The position numbers and the translations under genes were made by a program. Source: the human T2T-CHM13v2.0 reference genome, Homo sapiens. Taken from it: DNA of 64,000 bases. The notes under the pieces were generated by a model that made no database searches, was not told the DNA's origin, and saw only the letters and a program-made list of their open reading frames with translations. Shown piece after piece: positions 54,162-64,000 of this stretch. Location of the stretch: the NCBI RefSeq assembly GCF_009914755.1, contig NC_060935.1, one strand, 5' to 3'. Each line of letters begins with the position of its first letter. Positions within the stretch are counted from its first letter, which is position 1.

Positions 54162-54327
54162 GCTGGGCATGGTGGTGCCACCTGTAGTCTGAGCTACTCA
54201 GGAGGCTGAGGTGAGAGGATCACTTGAGCCCAAGAGTTTGAGGCTGCAGTGAGCTGACTGTGCCACTGCCCTCCAGCCTGGGTGACAAAGCAAGACCCTG
54301 ATGCTAAAACAAATAAACAAACAAAAC
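54162..54327 (+). mobile_element. Monomeric Alu (FRAM or AluJ right arm)
   Basis: GCTGGGCATGGTGGTG...GGATCACTTGAGCCCAAGAGTTTGAGGCTGCAGTGAGC...GCAAGACCCTG, then an A-rich tail. Confidence 0.88.
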
Positions 54328-55607
54328 AGCTCTGTGTAGTGGAGTACCATTCAAGACAAGCCACAACTTCCCAAAGGGACTCTAATACAATTGAGGATGT
54401 CTAGGTGATGCTAATTGTACCTGAAATGACCTCACATCTTCTCTTTCTTTGTTTTGTTCTTTGATATGTGTTGTGTTACATCATTTAATTGCGTTTTATT
54501 TGGTGTGTAAGCATGATAGAAGACAGTAGAGAAAATATGAGGCTAGCTCAGAAGATAATTTGTTGGTCTAAACCCAGAAGAATACATCTTCATCTCATGG
54601 AATGAATTAAAATCATCACTTCACCCACTGTCTGGCACAAAGAAAGCACTTGGAAGTTGTTAACTTTAGGAATTGTTAACTGACAATATCCTTGTCATCA
54701 TCTTCATCATCATCACTTCATTTACTCCTCAGGGTTTTGAAGAGGGTCCTATTACTACTTCCATTTAACAGATGAGAAAACTGAAGGTAGAGAGATTGGG
54801 TCAACCTAACTTCTCAAGTGAATTCAAACTAAACCAATATGACATTCATTTATAGTGCCCAATTAATTTGCCAACTAATTGTGGAACAGAAGATTGGAGA
54901 AGACTCTGTACTCTATGCTCTATCCCACCTTATCCTTCATTCATATTTTCAGCAAAGGAAATAAACGAATCTACTCCTTTACCCTAGACTTGTGCATAAA
55001 GACTGCAAGGATTTCCCTTTTCCCATTTACTGGCATTCCACCCTAGTCAGAGAAGAATGGCTTAGGAATGCTTTACATGGGCACTAGTTCTAGTCATGGC
55101 CCACAGCCAAGATGTAAGTGATTTTTTAAATAAGAAACTTCCAAAAAATTTGGAAATGTTGAAACACTTTTTAAACAATGACAAATCATATTCAGAAATC
55201 TAAAGGTACCATCATGTGCCATTGCTTTCAGAATCATGTTCAACTGGTGAATTAAATAACAGGAGTCTTGGGAGACACTGTGGCAAACTGAGGGGGCAGC
55301 CAGCAAATTCACTAAAAGTATCAATTTGGAATTTCCTACTCTGTCTTCCCTGAAGATAAGTTTAAACATTTACATGTTTTAAAGTTCCTTAATCTGACTT
55401 ACCTCAATAATTCTATCCTTATGCTTTCTGGTTTGTAATCATTATAAGTCAATTTCTCTCCCAAAGGCAAAATCTAAAGAAATATGTATATATATATACA
55501 TATTATAGACATTTATATATATTCATTCCAAGACAGCTTACAGCTGACTTGGTTTTTCTCTCCTATTTTTATGTTGCACAGAGAGAGGCTGAAATCAATG
55601 TAGTGCC

Positions 55608-55627
55608 TTTTTGCCACCTAGTGGGAA
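55608..55627 (-). promoter_or_regulatory. Candidate CTCF binding site
   Basis: Minus strand TTCCCACTAGGTGGCAAAAA contains CCACTAGGTGGCA, matching the CTCF core CCASYAGRKGGC, in non-repetitive AT-rich sequence. Confidence 0.6.
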
Positions 55628-56408
55628 ATTTAATTTTGCTATTTCTTCCTTATCTCTTTTTTGCCAAGAGATAATAGAATTCTGTGCAAACAAAGCAGAA
55701 ACAGGGAAGTCTATGTGTATACCTTCAGCATAGAATATCAGAAAGACAATGTATGTTTCAGAGAAAAGATCTGTCAGTGGTTAGAAGTTCAGGAGTAACA
55801 TTCTTCCACTGTATTCTCAAGTCTGGTATTCTTTGATATCATTGTACTATCATTTTCTCTGCATTCATCTTTTAGGTTGCATTTCATGAGATCAATAGTA
55901 TAAATATTATTCTGAAGAGTGTAGACCTAACAAATTAGTTACATCCAAATTCAGTATGCCTGAGGCTTCAAGGTCTCTTGAAAGAAAAAAAAAATTCTAA
56001 CGATAAAATATCCAACAATTAAAAATTTGCATCAAGAAGAGTAAGAGCTTCAATTTAATGAGAGTTTATTATGTATGGGATGCATTATGTATGTGAAATG
56101 TTGAGCAGAGTAGCTATCACATAGTCAGGACCCATAGTTATTTTATAAGAAAAGCTGTTAATTACCTCACATCTATTATTTTGCTTTATCCTCACTATTG
56201 CCTTCAAAAAATGATATTTTTCAGATTTTACATATGAGAAACTGAGACTCAGAGAGTTGAACTTATAAATGGGGAAGCCAGAATTTTCACTCTTGTGTGT
56301 CAGCAACTAAAATTTATTTCATAACCTGTACTCATTGTCCAAATAAGTTAATTAATAAACAAAATAAGAAATTCATTGCACTCCTAATAAGTAGAACTTT
56401 TCCCAATA

Positions 56409-57301
<893 letters not shown>

Positions 57302-57609
57302 TATATGACTCTACAGCAATGTTGCCCACTTTTTTGACAGTAGTATATTTATCTATATGGGTACGTTAGACCAAAGAGCAATAAGACTTAGCCCCAGGTG
57401 CCAAGACCTATGAACAGATCAATAAAGACCTTAATACGACCCAGTGGCCTATAAGAAAAAGCCCCATTGTTTCAGAGGAACTGCTGATGGAATTGTTGCT
57501 ATTCAATTGGTATGTTATTATAGTGGTGTCCTGGCAACCACAGATTGATGGGAGAAATACCAACACAATGGATAGAACAATGGTATATTTTGGTAGCGTA
57601 TGAGAGGTC

Positions 57610-57870
57610 ACACAGCATCATCTTTATGATCTTTGACTCTGGAGCCAAACAGCCTGGGTTTGAATGATGGCTCTGCCATTTACTAACTCTGTGACTGTAT
57701 GCAAGCTACTTAACCCCAAATGCGTCAGTTTCTTCATCTTTAAAAATAACAATAACACTTCCTACCCCACTGGGATATTGGAAGTGCTAAATGAGTTATT
57801 TAATATAAAGCCCTTAGGATGATGCTTGACTAAATAGTAAGTGTCAATAAATTTTAGACATCATAATAGA
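57610..57870 (+). mobile_element. MIR SINE
   Basis: GACTCTGGAGCCAAACAGCCTGGGTTTGAATGATGGCTCTGCCATTTACTAACTCTGTGAC...CAGTTTCTTCATCT. Confidence 0.85.
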
Positions 57871-59539
57871 GCTTTTTTTTTCAGATCTGTGACTTTATAT
57901 TCAATCTGTTCTTCAGTTCCTGTGGGAAAGCAGACACAGCTCACTAGACTCAAAATGAACTATACCAGGCATGAGATTTAAAAAAAATCATTCACAAGAA
58001 TTTTTCTCTGAGAGAAAACTCCATCTTTGATCATGAGAATGAGTTGAGGTGAAATGTAAGAACTTCCACAGATGGCTTCAAAGAGAGAGACAGACAGAGA
58101 GAGAGAGAGAAAGAAAATTCTTCTACAAAAGGGAAGAAGAATATGAGATTCCAAAGGGTGAGTGAGGGGCAGTGGATATATAAGTGAAAGACAACAGGAA
58201 TCAGAAAGGTAGAGGAATATTGGGGAAATGGTAGAGAAATAGGACTTAGGAGCAGCAGCAAAGAAAGTTCATAGAATTGTCCAAAAAGGGATTTTTAAGT
58301 TGTGTGCTAAAACTGACCCCTATCCTCGTTCCACTACAAAATCTAAAATAAATTCTACATTCCTTACTAATGCTTTTGTGTGAGGAAATTATTTTGGAAA
58401 GTTCAAAGACATTTTATATGGGTTCAGGTGGATGCCAGGAACAGAGAACAAACAACAACACAAAGGCTCAGAGGCTAGCATTAGAGGCAAGAACTAGAAC
58501 TAGAGGTAGAAATCCCCAGATATCAGTAAAACTATGAAGAAAGCTACAGGTTTCCAAGGGCATAGAATTGATTAGAATCTTAGTAACACTGACTCTGCCT
58601 TAATTTCAACTTTAGTGATGTTTTAAGTATGACAAAAGATCAAGACATTATTACATTTTATGATTTTTTTAACTGCAAGAGTATAACCAGCAGAACATAT
58701 AGTATTCTTTTGTAAGACATTTAGCAGAGACATGGTATTATATAGAATCAGGATTATAGACTGAGAATATTCCACAGAGAAGAAAAATAAGGGGAAGCAA
58801 TGCAGGCAAAGATCAATGACACTTGTCATGGTAATGAGGCAAACTAAAAAGCTGAGTGTACATGAAAATTTATTTCAATTAATAATAGACATTTTAAAAT
58901 TTCACAAATATATTCCCATCCATTATTTCATTTAATTTTCATGCTATGCCTATTATTAGGATAGGACAGGGATTATTCTTCCCTTTTATTTGAAATAAAC
59001 CCAACAACCTTTAATAAGTTCTATCTTTAGTAGAAAAACAAAGCAGAATGCACATTCAAATTGTCTGACCACTGGTCTAAAACTTATTTGTTCTTTCATT
59101 CGATAAGTATGTATTGAGGGCCTACTAACGATCTGGCTCCATGCTATATTCTGTAATGAGACATCTCTTGAATATAAACTATGCCTTCTTGAAAATAATG
59201 ACTTGCAGGGGCCAACAGTTCACAAATATTTTTCTAGAGAAAGAAGAAAGTGAATTGTGTGTTAAGGGTTTCTTCCTACTGTTTATACTTCAAAAGCAAA
59301 TATATCCTTGCAATGGTGGTAGCTTCATGTCACACCACCTACCAGACTCAGGCCTGGAAGAATATACTAGGAAACCCTTGGATATTTGTGGCCAGATGCA
59401 TGTACTAAACATTCCATTATTCTAGTTTCTTTGTTCCAGGGGCAGCTTGTTCTGTAACCACTGAATAATACTGCTTAATTTCAGAGTTCACTATCATGGT
59501 TTTGACTGGTTTAAGCAAATATAATTTATGATCTCTATG

Positions 59540-59740
59540 TGCCACATGGGACGCTGGAAACTAGTTTCCACAGTACTTCCAACAACTCCAATATAAGTAA
59601 ATCCCTGTCTCTCATCCTATGATCCTCATTTATAAAATGAGAATGGTAACAGTACTCAATTCACAGGGTTACTAGAAAATTTGATGGATTTGTATACAGA
59701 AGTACCAAACACATGGTCGGTGCTTAATGATTGTTATTTT
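59540..59740 (+). mobile_element. MIR SINE relic
   Basis: TCCTCATTTATAAAATGAGAATGGTAACAGTACTCAATTCACAGGGTT. Confidence 0.65.
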
Positions 59741-60487
59741 TTGTTATTAATATTCTGTTATAAATTTAGAAGGTTAATTATTTAACCAAGATCCCATAGC
59801 TAGTAAGGGGTAGGGGCTGGTTCTGATTCCAGAGCCAGGGATTTTAAACTCAGCTATCCTAAAGTAGAAATGTAATTATGTCTGGCAATGAGACCCAAGC
59901 AGAGGGTCAGTGAAAATGAAGTTAGAATGGTGAGCATAAGAAAGGGGAAAAAAATTTAAAACTGTTCAATAACTTGACTTGATGAAAGCAATGACTAGAT
60001 TCTGTGAAAAGAAATACAAACTAACGAGCCTCAGGGCAAAAAAGTAAGAACAGGGATTATTATCTAAATGGCTCATTTGCTTCTAAACATTAAACTGGTG
60101 AAGGATGGAAAGAATATCGGGGGCTAAGGCACATCAGAAATCATCCTTGCTTTTAAGAAACCATAGAAAACTTTGAAAGGCAATATGGGCACATATGATA
60201 AGCTGGCACAGACAAGGAAAGGAAATTTATTTGAAAATTTACACAAAAGCTAGAAGAAAAACTCAAATATACAAGAAATGAAGAAAATAAGAATTGTTTT
60301 ATAGATTGGTGTTCAAAGGAAAAAATATGAGAATGCACATAGCAAAGTGTCCATAATGTTTTGAAACATGGAAGGTTTCAGTGTCCCTTGGCAATGAATA
60401 TTTTAATATATTATTTCAAATAATGTAATTATTCAATCAAAAGATCTATCAGACTGTGTCCATTACCTATTATATCCCACTTCTAGG

Positions 60488-60897
60488 TATCAATATCTTT
60501 TAGCTGTGTAATATTATAAACCAAAACCTTAAGCAACAATGAGTTGTTTATTATATCTTATAATTCTGTGGATCGATTGGGTAATTCTTATGTTCACCTG
60601 AGCTCACGTGTGTGTTGCATTCAACTGAGGAGGTCAGCGTGGGAATGGACTTAGCAGGTACTGCTAGAATGGCTGCAGTTCTCCTCCTAGGTAGATTTTT
60701 GTTCTTGGCTGATTTTCCAACATGGCAACTTCAGGGCAGTGTTCAGGAGGCCAAAGGTATAGGCTACATCACCTAGGTTGCATGCAAAAAAAAAAAGCAA
60801 GTCAGAAGTCCAGTACAGATTCAAGAGATAGGGAGGTAGACAACACTCCTTGATGGTAAGAGGTGCACAATATTGTTGATGTGGTTTTCAGCCTACT
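60488..60897 (-). mobile_element. MaLR solo LTR, MLT1H-like
   Basis: CTTAAGCAACAA...TTTATTATATCTTATAATTCTGTGG...AAGCAAGTCAGAAGTCCAGTACAGATTCAAGAG...CTCCTTGATGG. Confidence 0.75.
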
Positions 60898-62881
60898 TCT
60901 GGGAGTGTCATAGATTGAAATATATTAGAGGTTCTCCTGACTGATCTTTATTTTTTGTACATTATGAAATTTAGTGATGTGCATAATCCCTGAAAAATCT
61001 TAAATCCATAATTACCACATCTCCCTCAAGATTAATGGCATTGATGTACTTTTTCATATATACTTTCTTTTAAATGATATTATAGGAAAATAAGACTGTG
61101 ACCTTTGCACTTTATCACTGAAGAATCCAGACTCAAAATAGTGTGAAAAGAATGTATGTGGTTTCTTATAAATATCTCAATTTTCCACATTTAGAGAATT
61201 AAAAATTAACCATATAAGCCTGATATGTCACATCTCAGAATCCTTTGCAAATATTTCTCTCATACATATCTTTAGGGATTACTTATGGGATAATTTGCCA
61301 TGTAAAGGCCTGAAACTGATAAATTTCTGGAGATAGAAAAAAATAAGCCAAAATATATGTGCTTTCAGAACAAAATGTTTCTCTTCTGTCACGAGATCTG
61401 GGAATCAACTTTCATTCAGGTTGACACGCATTGTTGTAAACACTTGAAAGAAAGTATGTAAAGACTACAAATTTATTATATTAATTTCATGTAGCTTTAC
61501 TGCCTTTCTATGTTTTGATTCATTCAAAAACCTAGCATGGGCCTGAGACATCGATGGTATCAACAATAGTGGCAGCCTGGCTCACTGTACCTGAGAAACT
61601 CAATTGTGCCCTGCCCACTTGCCTATTCATGGGTTCCCTACCTTGTGCAGGAGAAAACAATGGTAACCGGCATCACTTTAGGGAAGAATCTAAGACTACC
61701 TAGGCAAAGGAAAAACCTGAGTACATTCTTCTTCCAATTTTCCAATGTGCAATAAAACCACTGTTGCTACATTAGAAGATCTGTAGATTGATTAGGAGAG
61801 AGCGGTGGTGTAGGAAATTCCTTCAGTTTAGATGTAGGCCTAAAATGTACCTTTGTTCAGAACTCTATATACATCTTCTGAAGTAAAACAGCCCAAGCTA
61901 TGGTGTCACAATCCCAATAGCTACTTAACAAGATCTGCACTGATAACCATTGCCTAATCCATATTAGCTCCACTCCTAATATACTGCATACTGTTGTAAG
62001 AAAACTGCACACAAAGCACAACTGTAACCTATTTACTGTCTTACGAGTAGATCTTAGATTTTTTTTCCAGAATGTTTAGAAGCACATTTCAGGTTTCCTA
62101 AAGACATCTCAAAACTGGAAGTTGAAAAAAAATTTAAGCAATTAGTTTAAGAAAAGGTAACTGAGAGCATTTCATATACTAGAACTACCTCAAAGTAGTC
62201 AGAATGTGTGAGAACATAGGGAAGGTGGGGTGGTTCCTGAGAAGAGCGATGAGCAGCTGAGTACAACTCACAGAGAAAGTCCTGCCTGAAGGATTTTCCT
62301 GTTGGTACAAGCACCCTGCTCCTCTGGCAGCATCCTCAGCAGAAGTTGGAATCTATGCCTCCTGGAACTTACCTGACATGTGTGGTACTCACAATAAGAA
62401 AATGAAGCCATCTTAATCTGAGATAAAAACAAGCTTGAGGTCTCCCTGGACCTGGGTCAGTCCACATTTTGCAAAATTTTGTAAACATGACGTGAAAACC
62501 TAAGGTCATGCGCTAAGCCCATGCACTAAGCTGTAAGGGAAACATTATTCCATCGCAATGTTATTTATTTTTAATTTTTACTGGGAGACGTTGAATCATT
62601 AACTTGAGAAACACATTTTCTAGATCCACTTATAGTCTAATAATCGAGAATTACAAAATGAGCTAAACCCTTTAACATACTATCCAGTGTGCTTGGTCTA
62701 TTGGAGTCCAATTTCTGGATTATTCTTTGTAGTTTGTAGTCATCCTAGACAATGTGTTAATTCTTCAGGCTCTATCAGGCATGGTGTAGGACAAACAGCA
62801 AAATATGTTTTTCTGTTATGCTTCCAAATAAAACAGGTGCTAATGACAACTATTTATAAATAACCACTAAAGTGTTTCTTA

Positions 62882-63154
62882 TGTTGTTTTAGGTGTGTGT
62901 GTGTATATATATGTATATGTGTATATATGTGTGTGTGTATATATATACATAAACATGTGTTGTATGTATATATATACACACACACTTAAAACACCACACA
63001 CACATATGTGACTCACTTTTTACCATATATACAGATACATGGCAACATATACATATACATATATACATGTGGTATATATGTGTATATATAAATATATATG
63101 GCATACACATAGATACATGTATCTATGTGTGTACATATGGTAAAGAGTGAATCA
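62882..63154. repeat. (TG)/(TA)/(CA) microsatellite complex forming two adjacent inverted repeats
   Basis: Arms 62882-62912 / 62968-62996 and 63009-63032 / 63131-63154, read directly. Confidence 0.9.
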
Positions 63155-63875
63155 GACCTGGAAAAACATGAGGAAATTGGCATCATATGTAGCGCATTCC
63201 TTTTGTATGGACTGAAATGGAAGTCAACTAGAATATAGTTACCTTAAATGTTTGTCCTCACTATTTCAACTGAAATTTTGTGGCAGTTCTGCTAGAGTTT
63301 GGTCTACATCAAATCTTAACTATCATCTTAATTAAGAAAATCATCATGTTTATTGCATTATGGTAGCTTCTCCACTGTTCCAGCTTCTAGACCTCTGAGA
63401 CTTGTTCACAAGTGGATTCAAAAAACAATAATAAAATTGAGGATCTTATTTATGCTCTACATGAGTTATTATACAGTGATTCAAATTTAATCACATGGAT
63501 GATTAAAATAGGCTCTCAATTTCTGTTGAGCAATTTCAATTTCACTCTTTTCTTGGTAAATAAACAAACACATCAAACTACTGGTTTGGAGTGGGCTGTA
63601 AGCGAGACTCTGGTGACATCAGAATGAATAATACACATTTTCCATTCTCATAAGGATATATGCTGATTTACTGCAATTCTCAACTTTTCTATTCTTAAGA
63701 CTTCTTTATACTCTGAAAAATTATTGAGGACTGTAAATAAATTTTATTTATGTGGTTTATAATTATGGATGTTTATTATATTAGAAACTTCAATTGAGAT
63801 ATTTTATTAAAATATTTAAATAACAATAAATCCATTAAAAATTAACATAAAAACACATTGTTGTGAAAAACGACA

Positions 63876-64000
63876 TTTTAAAACTTTTAAGTACATGGAC
63901 TCATAACATAAGGGTTTGTTGTATAGATTATTTCATCACCAGGGTATTAAACCTAGTACCCATTAGTTATTTTTCCTGATCCTCTCCTTCCTCCCACCTT
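63876..64000 (-). mobile_element. 3' end of an older L1PA (L1PA13-16-like); runs off the window end
   Basis: GGGTTTGTTGTATAGATTATTTCATCACCAGGGTATTAAACCTAGTACCCATTAGTTATTTTTCCTGATCCTCTCC. Confidence 0.85.

Overview
Repeat-rich, AT-rich primate genomic DNA. It is probably human or another ape, judging by an L1PA3-type LINE and an AluY fragment, and it looks intergenic or deep-intronic. I find no recognisable cellular protein-coding gene, tRNA, rRNA or CRISPR array; every long ORF with a recognisable product is LINE-1 derived. Main contents: (1) a full-length ~7.8 kb L1MA1/L1MA2-type LINE-1 (393-8206, +) inserted with a degenerate TSD into a Tigger1 DNA transposon; (2) an old 5'-inverted L1MA8/9-type element (20258-22056); (3) a near-full-length L1PA3-type element (44349-50492, -) bounded by a perfect 17-bp TSD; (4) about ten solo LTRs, five Alu-family SINEs, Tigger3, MER5A, many MIR/L2 relics and microsatellites. 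In the L1PA3 almost the whole 5'UTR is inverted, which places an open 137-aa ORF0 upstream of ORF1 on the same strand, and an 18-nt 3' transduction follows the poly(A). Small structures not explained by repeats: a 62-bp templated copy with its own 10-bp target duplication, a 46/22/46-bp complex microduplication, fold-back palindromes around microsatellites, a CTCF-like motif, motif-dense repeat-free blocks and two candidate spliced exons. I see no evidence for a wholly new biological system; the promoter-flipped L1PA3 is the most unusual object. Subfamily names come from remembered consensus sequences, and ends of old repeats are approximate.
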